DNA of 64,000 nt from Ascidiella aspersa (lineage: Eukaryota). Made by a program: the position numbers and the translations under genes. The first letter of the stretch is position 1; each line of letters starts with the position of its first letter. Location: positions 10,664,001 to 10,728,000 of the forward strand of contig OZ004610.1 of assembly GCA_963924565.1 (NCBI GenBank), in the 5' to 3' direction. Positions 14,323 to 26,574 of this stretch are shown one piece after another. Below the pieces are notes generated by a model, which saw nothing but the letters and a program-made list of their open reading frames with translations, did no database searches and was not told the DNA's origin.

Positions 14323-14784
14323 ATGGTTTTAGAAACGCCCAGGATTGACGCCTTCCAATTGTCAAAAAAAGTTACAATGGGAAGAGTGAAAAAGCGTACT
14401 TCGGCTTGTCAGAGCGTCAGCTCCAAAGATTCATCGTCTTCATCGGAATCGTCTTCCGGACCATCAACGAGGCGACGATCATCAGGTTCGAGCGATCCGG
14501 AAGATTTCCGGCATCACCTCTTTAAGGTTCTGCAGGAAATATACGACGACACGGGAATCACCAAGCAAGCCATGGACTCGATGAACGTTTTGGTCAACTA
14601 TCTCTTCGTATCACTTGTCACTACCGCGTCGGCGATTATGAGAAAGTCGAACAGAACTACGATGACAGCCAACGACATCCAAAGCGCCGTTCGCCAGGTC
14701 CTCCCTGGGGAGTTACAGAAGCACGCAGTTTCCGAAGGCACAAAGGCGGTTGCCAAATTTAAAAGTTATAGCAACTTAGACTAG
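14323..14784 (+). CDS. H2B: Divergent, solitary histone H2B variant with a Ser/Arg-rich N-tail (start may be the second ATG, 14377)
   Basis: Histone fold FKVLQEIYDDTGITKQAMDSMN...DIQSAVRQVLPGELQKHAVSEGTKAVAKF aligns without gaps to canonical H2B. Intronless; AATAAA at 14786-14791; no histone stem-loop seen. Confidence 0.9.
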   Translation: MVLETPRIDAFQLSKKVTMGRVKKRTSACQSVSSKDSSSSSESSSGPSTRRRSSGSSDPEDFRHHLFKVLQEIYDDTGITKQAMDSMNVLVNYLFVSLVTTASAIMRKSNRTTMTANDIQSAVRQVLPGELQKHAVSEGTKAVAKFKSYSNLD

Positions 14785-15296
14785 AAATAAAACCAAAAAA
14801 AAACTAAACGCTGTGGTAGTTTCGAACGGAAGCTTTATTGAGACAGGGTAAATTTTGGAAAATAGTATGAAATTTTGGCCAACTTTTGTGAGCTGACTAA
14901 GGAATAGATATAAATAGAAAGGTATTTCATTGTTAGAACTTTTCAGGGATTTAAAAATGGTTTCAATTATAATTTTCTTAAACATTTTTAAAAATATATA
15001 TTTAAAATAATTTATAAATAGGTCCACGACGCTTGGTTGATTATTACGAATTCGCGCTAACCCATGCATAAAAAAGGCATTTTTATCATTTTCTTTGACA
15101 ACCGTATCAAGGGTAACGTTTGGAACGATGTTTGACTACTTAGTTGTATTTGGAAAAATTTAATAGGAACTGCAGTCGAAGGTTTGAAATAAATCAAATA
15201 ACGCAATATGTAAGGTGATATTTATTTGCTGTCTTAACCATTAAAATTTTGCACAAGAATGTGTTTTGTTAATGTGATTTTATCATTTTTTACTCG

Positions 15297-15620
15297 ATTA
15301 AAAGTTCTGGCGCTGGTCTAGAATCCTACTATCTTTTTAGGTACATCAAGTAAATTATAATTAAAATTTCAAGTTGGGAGAATAAATATTATATATCTTG
15401 ACTCACCTGAGCCAGAACTTTAACCAAAATAATGTGCGATTTAACCCTGATGTGAAATAAACCCAATCTCCGGTTGTCATAAAATATTTTTTTGTCCAGG
15501 GGTTCATAGTAATTCTAAAATTATTTGAGTTTTAGTGCGATCAGCGTTTGGGTCCTGGTGAGTCAAATATTATATTTATTCTCCAGTATTTATTTCTCCC
15601 TTGCAATTTTAATTTTCACA
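15297..15620. mobile_element. Degenerate MITE of the GGYGCTGGTCTAGAATCCTAC family, with internal inverted arms
   Basis: TIR at 15309-15329; ~15360-15407 is inverted relative to ~15557-15615. Confidence 0.55.
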
Positions 15621-16938
15621 ACTTGTTGTTTAGCAAACTGTATAAACGTATCCCTTTTTGATCCCCTGCGCTTTTTTATCCCCTGTGCTGCTGTGCAATA
15701 TTCAATGATTTCAATTTGGTTTTGTAGGTGCACTCTTAGCTAAAAAAAAAATCATTGTAAAATGCATTTATCCACCTGGAGTCGTTTAGACATGCTGAAC
15801 TCCAGTCACTTTTGGTGTAGTACTTGATTTACAGACAGGCAAATTTAAATAATAACTTAATTTCGCGACTTTATTATAGCCCGGCAATTAAAAGTGACGT
15901 AATGTCTTTCCACCTGAAACCTAACAGTACTACTGCACACTATTTCAATTGTATTACATCATATTTAAATTTTAGCTTCTTTATGGGTTATATACATGTA
16001 CATCTGGTGATTTGCCATTGTGGAAAGTATGAAAAGTGCACTCATGTCTTTGTTGAATAGACCAAATCTGTAACTACCAATAAAAAAATTCACTGGTTTT
16101 TTGATATGTTAAACCGAAGAGATGTACTTTTTTACTTTTATTGCACCAAGTTTCCCAGATTTTTTATTTCATGCAAGTCTAGTGTTTTAATAATTCTATA
16201 GACACTTGTGTAAAATATGTAAAATCAACATATTTTTAAAAAGTAGTATGATATGATATGATTTTTTAATATTTAGACATTATGGTTTTGGGGGGCCTAA
16301 AATAAAATAAAAAGATGAATTGATCGATAAATTTGGGACAAATGTCATAATATTTTAGTTTTGAGTTCATGTAAAACTGTTCAAGTTACTATCACACCCA
16401 AACACATGTACACCAACTGTGGGCTGTTTAAAGGTAGTTTAAGGCTCCCTGCAGACTAGAAATTTTTATTGATCATCTGATTTGGTTAGTCTTGCAAGAA
16501 GACTGACAGTAAACTGATTGTTAGTTAGATAAATAAAAACGAAAATCCTTTTAAATAGTTAAATCTGAAAAAAAATTTCAAGTTTGTCTAAAGATTTAAA
16601 ATAAGTATTTTGTTGCAGATTATTTAACAGTAATGATAGTATTAAATGCAAAAATTATTTTGTGATTGAACAAACAATTTTAAAGCGTTTAGTTTTTACT
16701 AGACAAAATCCTCATTATTTTGAGACACGACTTTTAAGTCTATACAACCTTTTCAGATATGATCAAATTTGGCCAAAATGCAATATGACAAAACAATACA
16801 AACATAGGTTTGTACAGAAACAAATACTTTGGATAAACAAAATTGATTGGTAAATTGCAATTAACAATACTTTAATGTGATGTTCAGGAGTTTATCTAAG
16901 CAATTTTAGCTTGATGTAAGTTTGATTTTTTTCAAATC

Positions 16939-18492
16939 ATGTCTACTCTAAACATGGTTCCTGAAACAACAGAGGCACTTCAAGCCCTTGAAAAGCTTTT
17001 GCTCTGTATGTCATGTCAAAAAACAATGAAATGTCCAGTTGTCCTAATAGGCTGTGATCATGTGTTTTGCATGCAATGTTTGAAAGACAAAGGTAAATGT
17101 CCTTTGTGTGGTGTGCCGGTTTGGGTGCAAGACCTTAGAGTCAATAAGCAATTGGAAGACATTTCAAATGTGTGCGCACAAATTAGAACTAGCCTTTCAA
17201 CTGTTGATAAAGACAACAAATTACATGGCACACTAGATAAATCAGTTTGTGACATATCTGTTTCTAAAGGTAACAATGAAAAACAGGCTGCACCACTTGC
17301 AACTCCAGAAATGAACACTCCAGCTAAAGCCTTTCGCACACCTGGAACATTAGTTACACCAAAATGTCGAAGCACCCCAAGACATATGTGTTTAAAAACA
17401 CCGAAGAGTGGTCAAAAAAATAAGAAAGGGGAAACTGAGCTTCACATCGCAGCAATTCGGGGAAATATCGAGAAACTAACTGCTTTGTTGGAAGACGGTG
17501 TGGATGTAAATTTGAAAGACAATGCAGGCTGGTCAGCGTTACATGAGGCTAGCATTCATGGCCATGTTGAAATAGTCAAGAAACTAATTGATCATGGAGC
17601 ACTGGTGGACATACCTGGCCATCGTAATGATACGCCATTAATGGATGCAGTGGCAAATAACAAATTTGAAACTGTGAGAATATTGTTAAAATGTGGTGCG
17701 GACGTTAATTTGAGAAATGCTGTAGGAAAAACTGCAAAGTTTTTTGCGAAAAATGAAGAAATGTTAAAGTTGCTATCCAAAAAAACACTTGCTGTGACTG
17801 CAAGTTCACCACCTCAAGTAGTTGTCCCCTCTCCACTTCAAGCAAAGTTAAGCTGCTCAAGTTCCGTTGCATCAGATAAGGTTATAGCTTTTGGCCAGTT
17901 GTTTCCAATTAACCTACAAAATGATTGCGCGATTGGAGTCACTCATTTTGTGACATGCGTTGATCAAAACAGAAAAGCAAAACGCACAATAAAGTACTTG
18001 CAGGCCATGGCAAGTGGGGCTTGGATTTTGACTGAAGCTTGGTTGGATGCTTGTGTGAAACAAGTAAAGTGGGTGGAAGAACTGGACTATCAGGTTAAAA
18101 GTTGTGTGGATGATGGTGCAATAGGAGGACCTTTACGCTCTACTACTAGCCGGCTTAGGCAGGTACCACGACTGTTTGACGGCTGTCACTTTTTTTTGCA
18201 CGGCGCCTTCTCTCAACCATACCCTACCAAACAGCAACTGACCGAACTGATCAAAGCTGCAGATGGAAAGATTCTAAGCAGGTCTCCAAAGCCGGACAGC
18301 GACTGTGTTCAGATTTGTTCAAAGGTGCCTTACCATGCCAAGCCCGACTCTCCCGCTTACTACTTCACATATTACACAGTTTTCGACCCTTCAAAACATC
18401 CTTCTCCTCGTATGGTTAAACAAGGCAAAGTAAACACAGTGCCGGTGACCTGGCTACTGGATTGCCTGACCCAGTTTATCATCATGTCATAA
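16939..18492 (+). CDS. BARD1: BRCA1-associated RING domain protein 1 (RING, ankyrin repeats, tandem BRCT), intronless, 517 aa
   Basis: C3HC4 RING CMSC...CDHVFCMQC...CPLCGVPVWVQD; ankyrin repeats KGETELHIAA, AGWSALHEAS, RNDTPLMDAV; BRCT1 RTIKYLQAMASGAWILTEAWL; BRCT2 PRLFDGCHFFL...LSRSPKPDSDCVQ...WLLDCL. Confidence 0.96.
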   Translation: MSTLNMVPETTEALQALEKLLLCMSCQKTMKCPVVLIGCDHVFCMQCLKDKGKCPLCGVPVWVQDLRVNKQLEDISNVCAQIRTSLSTVDKDNKLHGTLDKSVCDISVSKGNNEKQAAPLATPEMNTPAKAFRTPGTLVTPKCRSTPRHMCLKTPKSGQKNKKGETELHIAAIRGNIEKLTALLEDGVDVNLKDNAGWSALHEASIHGHVEIVKKLIDHGALVDIPGHRNDTPLMDAVANNKFETVRILLKCGADVNLRNAVGKTAKFFAKNEEMLKLLSKKTLAVTASSPPQVVVPSPLQAKLSCSSSVASDKVIAFGQLFPINLQNDCAIGVTHFVTCVDQNRKAKRTIKYLQAMASGAWILTEAWLDACVKQVKWVEELDYQVKSCVDDGAIGGPLRSTTSRLRQVPRLFDGCHFFLHGAFSQPYPTKQQLTELIKAADGKILSRSPKPDSDCVQICSKVPYHAKPDSPAYYFTYYTVFDPSKHPSPRMVKQGKVNTVPVTWLLDCLTQFIIMS

Positions 18493-19353
18493 GTCTGCCC
18501 ATTACAATTTTTTTGTCCTAGGCTTGTTTGCAAACTTAAGTACAGATTTATATGTATTACTTAGCTATAGTAAATAAATCATTGAGTTTAATTTAATTTT
18601 AATTGAAGCAAGTTGTTTTTGTTCTGTGCTGCTTTCCGTGTGTTTATATGCAACATATTGCTTACTTAAACTGCCAACTACATATGTTGTGAAAATATTA
18701 ACCATTTGGTTTGTTGTTTTTTTCTAAAAATTAACAAGATAAATCAATATTTAAATCTTACCAGCAAGATAGATCAAATCTAATTTCCAAATTTTTACCC
18801 TTTGAATTTATTATATGTTCAATTTAAAATAATGGTTATTACAAGAGATCGACTGATATCACTTTATTGAAGCGACGTCTGATTTTTTAAAATTTTGTCA
18901 ATCTATACCTATTTTTTATATACCTGGGAAATTGTCAAAACTTGAATTAATTGAAAATAAAATCCAAATACCGTTTCAGTTTATATGAATTGGAACTAGA
19001 GTTTTACTTCTTGTGAAGAAATTCCTTGTTATTTAATACTGCCTCTCCCAGAATGCCTTTGTTCTCAAGAAATGTTTTAGATTGTTAGGCGTTTGTGGTA
19101 GTGTTGAATTACAGCATTTCTATCAATAAATTTTTACGTTGTTTTGCAATCAGTCGTGCCATGGCCTAAGGCTGTTACTTTTTGTGTGTTCAACCAATCA
19201 TAACATATTATCATTTAACACTTTTCCGTAAGAGATTTTGTATCATGGTTATTCTGTAAACACTGGTAAGTTTAACCAATTGATCTCTTTTTACTTACAC
19301 ATAGGATTCGTTTGTATCATTTTTATTTTGTATTTGCAAAAATAAAACAAAAA

Positions 19354-19579
19354 ATGCTGGAAGAAGATTTGGAGATTGCTGTCAAGGTTGTAGTTGTGGG
19401 AAATGGTGCTGTGGGAAAGTCTAGCATGATACAGCGTTACTGCAAGGGAATTTTCACCAAGGAGTACAAAAAGACGATTGGAGTGGATTTCTTAGAAAAG
19501 CAGCTCACGTATGTAGCTTTGCTGATTGGTTTATTGTCATGAAAATCTGATTTTATACCTTTAGGCTTGAATAGTTTAT

Positions 19580-19620
<41 letters not shown>

Positions 19621-22600
19621 CTGTCTTTCTATAGGTTTAACATGATTAGTTTGTGTTGGGTTCTGTTGATAAGATACATGGTTCAATCAGATCACTTTAC
19701 ACTTATCTTAATGTATTTTAATATTTGATGCTGGTGTTTATATATATATCTACCAATTATTTATTGGCAGCGCTCCCAAGCTTTTTTTTATACATACTAA
19801 AATATATACAAAATATACTTGAATGATATACAAAATATTTCTTACACCCACAATTTAAAAGGATATATTCTAATGCCTTCTTAAAAACTATATTACCGTC
19901 AGTCTTATCTACTTATAATTGTTCCAATTTCCTTATTAGTAAAACAAGTGTGTGTTGTGCAACTAATCATCCTAAGTGTCATGTTTTGGTAATTTATAAG
20001 GCTGAACGACAGCGAGGTCCGTCTGATGTTGTGGGATACTGCTGGACAGGAAGAATTTGACTCCATAACCAAAGCTTACTACAGAGGTAAATCTATAGGA
20101 AACATATTTACAATTTAGTATTTTTTGTAAGTATAATCGTGTTAATGTTCAAGAAAGCTTCCAATTTCTCTAAATAGAAATGTGCGAAACTTTTCATAAT
20201 TTATTAATGTTTTTCATGTTTTGTTTATGACTCGTGTGCATAATGAATGATGGTTAGATGGCAGTGAGAATATAAACAAGTTGACCAAACTTTTTGCTTT
20301 AGTTGTTTTTACAAATTAAACTAGTATACTTTATTTATTTATTTTATTTAATGTTACCTAGTTTAACAATTTATAAAATGTTGCAGGACAACTGCTGTTT
20401 AAAACAAAACTGCTGTTTAACTATGCAACTAAAATAAAAAACATACATTGGGTTCATTCAGTTTTAAAAGTCGGATAGGTGTTATTCATGAAGGAGCGAT
20501 TGTATTGCAAAACTATATAGAAAATTGCCTATTAGCTAAGGTCTTGATTGTCTTGAAAACCCTTCTATATGTTTTATTAAAACACAAGGAGCCCAGGCTT
20601 GTGTTTTGGCATTTTCCACAACTGACCGGGATTCATTTGAGGCGGTTGAAAAATGGAAAAGCAAAATTGAGGAGGAAGTTGGGCCCAACATCCCTCTTGT
20701 TCTTGTACAGAACAAAATTGATCTACTTGAGAGTGCTGTGGTTGAACAGTGAGTATAATAATTTCTTTAAACACAACCAGTGAATTTATTATTTAAGCAA
20801 CCACCTCTTTTATGTCTTCTTTCTATGTTTTAGTGATTTTTTGGGCGGAGAGGTTGTGTTGGTACTTGGAACAGTTGGTAGTATAAACTTTTAAAACAAT
20901 ACACCAAAGTAATTGACATTGGTTGTCAAAAAAGTGTGTTTGTAAATCCAATTTTCAAATTGAAAATAATGCTTTCACATTAAAGCTCATGCCCAAGCAA
21001 TTTAAGAATGCAAAAAATAACATATTTTAAGCATTTTTTATTTGATTTTGTTTTCTTTCAGGGAAGAAGCAGAAAATCTTGCGAAACGATTAAAGTTGAG
21101 ATTCTATAGAACGTCTGTTAAAGAAGACTTAAATGTTGATGAAGGTAAATGCAGAACATGCAAGGTGTAATGGAAACAGAATATCACTGACTATAACTTA
21201 ATAATTCATCACACTAAATTTTGTTTGATTTTTTATCATAATATCTAACTTTTCTGTAAGCGTGATGTAATGATAGTTACAAACGATCCAGGCTAGATCA
21301 GAAAAGTTTGTATATCTATCAAGTTTTCTTCAAGGATCTTAGATCTCTGGAAATATGACATTCCCTGGAAATTCCAGTGTTTTTTTAAGGTGTTTTGGGG
21401 GACCGAAACGGTCCTCCAAATTTCTCCAGCGGTTTCCCAAATTTTGGACTTGCAACTTTTACGTATTTAAATGAAACACTTGCGGTCTCATAAAACTACT
21501 TAGCGGTCACCCAAACCAAACCTTAAAAAAAACCTTCTGTGAATTTTAGGATTTTTTGCAAAACATATGTTTTTGAAGCATATATGTGGAATTAGTGGAT
21601 TACTGTCATTGACATTTAGAATATGTACTCTGGCTACAGACGCAAATTGTGTTAAACCTCAGCTGTTTAGTTGTAATGCATTTTATCAGGTAAAACGTTA
21701 CAAATTATATCCAAAACGTTTTATTTTATTTTCCACATTGTACACTAGGTGACTTGAATTCCATTAAAAAAACTTTGTAGTGAATTTGGTTAAGGTAAAA
21801 TTTACACCCGATAAGGGCTGTTAGTCTTATCACACAACCATCTAGGACTTACTGCCCTGTAGCAGTTTAGGTAACATTATCAAACTACATAAGTTAAAGA
21901 TCTCTTTTAAAATAAACCTTTCTTTAATTAGTATTTCAGTACTTGACCGAAAAGCACATGCAAAAAAGCAAACAAGAGGCGGAGTCTGAACCCGATGCAC
22001 CAGCACCTATTCGGCAAATCGGTAAAACTAACATTTTTATTCGTTGTTTTTTAAAGTATAAAGTAGATTTTGAACTAGTTTTATTTTGTACACCTTAAAA
22101 CTGTGAGTAAGCTATAGGTTGACAACACATTTCAAGAACGATTTATGCCGATTGAAAGTAAGCTGTCATAACGAGGTTTTTTTTGAACATTTTGTTAAAA
22201 TAAGTGTCTGTCTAGTTTTATCTGGTCTAGTTTTTTCCTACAAGGTGTGAAAACGCGCTACTAAATGTAAAACATGTCAGGTTTTAACACCCATTCGTTG
22301 TCTGAAAACAAAAACTTGGGTTTAATTATTTAAAGCCTTCTTGGTGGTACAAGTGTAGGCTTGGGCGAAACCTCTCTTGGCCATTTTTTAAATAGATCAG
22401 GGCTAAACCAATTTTTTATATGCAGCAAATATTTATTTTTTGTTTCTTCAATGGCACTCTTCATTCTTAAAGAATCATATGTTACTTTGTTACATGCAGT
22501 ATTCTAGATCAGAGGTCACCAAACTTTTTTTATAAAGTGACGTTTTTTTTTCATAAAGTGACGGATAACTATCAGCATTGTCGATTGCAGGCCGGATGTT

Positions 22601-23122
22601 AAATTTTGTATCAACATTATTTTATTTTAATATTATTAACTAAAGAAAAACAAAATAATATTTATCAATACAAATATAGTGAGCTTTTTGATGAAAGGGT
22701 TTTAGTTTGAAATTTATAAGTTAAGGTTAGCTTTGCATCTTACAAACATCCCTGTTTATAAACATATAAATAATACTACTTTTGTTTTGGGAAAAATACT
22801 GCGTGCCCGATATCAAACTGGCGGGCCAGATTTGGTCCGCTGGCCATAGTTTGGTGAACCCTTCTCTAATAAACAAAAAGCCTTTTAAGAACATGTCTTC
22901 TCGTGTAGTTAATCTACTTGTTTTACTGGAATTTAAATGTTTTAAAACTAACATTTTCTTTCAGGTCTATTCAACACAGCTGGGCAAAGTGCAAATTCAT
23001 CCAAGTCCAACAACAAGAATGGAAACTCAACCCCACCTGGTGGCGAAACAATCAACATACAACCAAACAAGTCTCGGGCATCTAAAAACAAGAATATTTT
23101 TTCTAAATGTGCATTGATTTAG
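19354..23122 (+). CDS. RAB23: Ras-related protein Rab-23, 243 aa, 6 exons
   Basis: Exons 19354-19508, 20001-20086, 20589-20748, 21062-21144, 21932-22021, 22965-23122. Sequence [81 protein letters not shown]; C-terminal CAAX box CALI*. Confidence 0.96.
19584..19615. repeat. (TA)16 microsatellite in RAB23 intron 1
   Basis: Uninterrupted TA run read directly. Confidence 0.95.
22510..22864. mobile_element. hAT Charlie/Buster-like MITE in RAB23 intron 5
   Basis: CAGAGGTCACCAAACT ... AGTTTGGTGAACCC; subterminal GCGGGCCAGATTTGGTCCGC; TCTA-containing flanks. Confidence 0.65.
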
Positions 23123-25161
23123 CGAAAATGACCGGTATATTATGTCTAGACCAAAGTGTTGTGCAGTTCCCCTACCCCAGTCACATTGTTATAGATAGCA
23201 GTACGATATGTTTTCTTAGGATTAATGTGATTCTTTGCTTATACGACAAAGTTATATATATTTTCTTGTGTTCCTCTCTTTTTCATATAAATGATTTTAG
23301 CAGCCATTAAACTTTTACAGTTTCAACCTTGTTATTTTGTTGGCGCTTTGCTATTGCACTTTTTCTTCTCGTGAAGTCGGTTCTGGCCACGTTACATTTC
23401 CTATGCTATTATTATTGTTGGTACTGTGATAAGGCATTTGGAGGTCCTGAGCATTTTGTTTTACACTTATTTTGATAGGGTACTATTTTTATGCCACACT
23501 TTTTTCTCTGTCACATTTTATATGGTCAAACTAATTGAACTGTAGTATTATTCCATAATTATCTTATTTGCTTGTGTATCAATTTTGCTATCTAAAATTT
23601 TAATTTCCTTACCTTGTATTCTTGTTTTATAGCGGTGCTTACACATAGTGAACACTTTCATAACAGAATAAACGTGCACTAAGTAATAATATTTAAACTA
23701 ATTTGGAATGTCTTATGCTTTTACAACAGTCTCCATACTAATCTCGTATGCAAATTGGTGAACCACAGCTGCCTACTCTGTAAGTAGCAAATGTTATTTC
23801 TGTAAACTTATTTTATGTTTGGTGCTTTCCAGTCTTTAATTGCTTCTTTTTTTCTTTGCACTCCTTAGTTTTTAAGCTCAGTTTCTAGGAAAACAATATT
23901 GTTGTGTTAACTTTAATGTACGATGATGCCATATTCCAAAATTTGCATTTTTCCTATGTTCCTTACCACTTTGAGGTCGTTTTGCCAATTTGTGTATATT
24001 ACTGATATTTTAGGATATAAGAAAAAAATACATTTATTTGTTTTCACATTCCACCATAATATCATTGTAACCCATTCAACTTAATTGTAATAAAATAAAC
24101 AACATTTTTCTGCAATTGGTACCTGTTTTTTCTTATTTTCTGTTGGGCAAAATATCGAATCAACCCACCTGAATTTCTCAGATAAGGACTTGTGTAGGTT
24201 AGCAAAATAGTAATAAACCCCGTTGCGGAATATAGCCCGATGATTTAAAAGCAGGGAATAAAGAGTCGGTCTAAAACAAACCCAGCCTAATACCGCCTGA
24301 AAGAGAGTCGATTTCCGAATTTGACTCCTGACAAAACCGACTGTCAAATCCTTAGTCCCGATCGGATTCCAGAGCCCGACGTAATACATAACCCCATAAC
24401 CAAATTGATGTAGGCCTATACAGCAATTCACTCCTGGGGTTACCATTTAACCAATCTACCACCGTTCACCGCGTATTAATATGCCATTCTACCTTCACGA
24501 TTCAGTGTGCGGTCCTAGCGGTTCCGGACTTGTTAATACGCTTGTCGGATTTGACACCCTTCGGGTCTCGGGTAGTTTTACCAAGGCTGGTTCACGTAAT
24601 AAAACTTTTTGGCGTGCGTCTAGTTGAACTATTTGTAACGAAGAAATTTTCCAAAAAGCAGTCAACGCACTATGTGGAATAAGCTGGGTCTCTGACTCAG
24701 CAAACCTTTTGAAAGGGTAAGAATTTAAACCCAACTATCGATGTGATGGTTTAAAATAAGCCGGTCGTAAATCCTTAAAAAATATATAAGTATATTTAGG
24801 AAAATATATGCTGGCCATCGAATAGATTAGAAGTTAACATTGCGAAACAGTAAGTTGAAAGAGAACTTTTCTGAATAGTACCAAAAAAGTTCCAAAAGAT
24901 GTGTTTTCGTATTCAAATCAAAACTAAAAAGGCTTGCCTTATCACCGTAGTTGTGATCTTGCGACCAGGGCGGATTTTGATTCAACAATATTTTTGCACG
25001 CTTGAGTGCGCTCTGAAAAAAAATATGTTGCTCTTTGCATGTTTGTTTATTTGTTTTTAAGCTTGCCAGTGCTGGTTAGGGTTGCCATGTTTGGTTAGTT
25101 TTAGTCATTATAGCTAATTTCAGAGGTTTTCTGATATTGCTGGCTAGCATATAAATTATCT

Positions 25162-25265
25162 GGCGCTGATATCGAATCCTACTGTAGGGGTCACCCCCTT
25201 ACACTACCACTTCCTTTTGCCAAAATTGAAATTGCAAACTTGGAATATAAGTTCAAAAATATAAA
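25162..25265. mobile_element. Left-end fragment of the GGYGCTGGTCTAGAATCCTAC MITE family, upstream of HOMER
   Basis: GGCGCTGATATCGAATCCTAC followed by TTGCCAAAATTGAAATTGCAAACTTG, matching 49141-49165. Confidence 0.55.
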
Positions 25266-26574
25266 TGGCGTTTTGAGTTAGACCGCATCGCTCTTTTACG
25301 CTTGCACCATACCGTGATTGTTTATTGATTTGAGTTAGCATTTGGGTTTGGGCGGTGATAATATAAGATTACATTTTTCGAGTTTTGCATAATTTCAATG
25401 ATTTTTTCGGAAATTGATTTAAAACTTTGTTAGCCGGGCAAATAGCCTCAGAATCTGCCTATAACAGGCATTTTTGACTGGACGTTTGCACATGTTAGTG
25501 ATTTATACGTCAATTTGAACTACTTTGGAGTCCGGTAAATAGCCTCTTCCAATTAAAAAATGCTTGAACCACCTAAGCAGTTGAACTCAAATGCTAACCC
25601 GCTTCCTAAACCAAATAATATGGGTTAATTTAAAAAAAAATATTGAATGCCCAAATATCTGTAAGGAACCAGTTTAAGACAAGTAAAAAGACACTTTGCC
25701 CTTGCTAATGGTCTATAGGCTTTATCAACCATTGTTGGTGAATGAAGGGATGTCAAGCTTGTTGCGTTCTGATTCATCTAAGGCTATTTTTTACAGGGTT
25801 TTTTTGTGGTGTTCCATTGAAATGAGAGATATGGTTGATTTTTTTTCCAAGTGTTCAAAATTACATAATGTTATGTCATATAATAATACCTTCAAATTAC
25901 AACAAATGGGTTAAAAGTTATCTTTTATTAGTATGTTTTCGCACAAAATAGACTGATTTTTTACTGTAGCATGCTATAAGTACTTTAAACTATCTTAGTT
26001 AATAGTAACCTTAGTAAACGTATTCAACCAATGTATTAATGTTCAATTTATGGAATAATTTTAAAAAAGGTTTGCCACCTGACTGATGTCGATTGTTTAT
26101 CTATAATCACCAAACAAATAAATTGTTAAACTAAATATATAGTGTTACCAATGCAAACAATTTGATTTATCCTTACAAAGCTCAGAGACTTTTAGTTGCA
26201 AAATTACGATTATTTGACTAAATTGTCCAGTATGATAGAAAAATGTCACCTTGTTGCTGACCTTGTATAGATACAATAAACCATCTGTTTGCTGATGTAT
26301 TGTCTACAATTTTTGATAGGAGATTCTTAAAACTTTCTACTATTAAATATGCCTCATCACAACCAATTTTTTATTTATATCTCTAAAAACTGTACAATTA
26401 ACCCAAAATTGTTTACATAAAAATCCCCAGATGCCTTGGATTAGTTTAACTTTCAGTAAAATAGACCTGATTAGTTTTGTCATGTAATTTCCTGATATGT
26501 GCAATGTTTAAATTCAACAATCTGAAGTAAAATTCTGTTATCCTATCCTGCTCAAGTTTTCAACACCAAAGAAT

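Noticed and set aside
18493-19353. BARD1-RAB23 operon
   Set aside because: Co-oriented and 0.86 kb apart, but BARD1 has AATAAA at ~18573 and the spacer shows a local CpG rise (~18850-19310) suggesting a separate promoter; unsupported without SL data.
24081-24734. 121-aa and 79-aa minus-strand ORFs between RAB23 and HOMER
   Set aside because: No domain or splice pattern; the region is CpG-rich with CCGAC/GTCGG motifs, more like repeat or promoter DNA.
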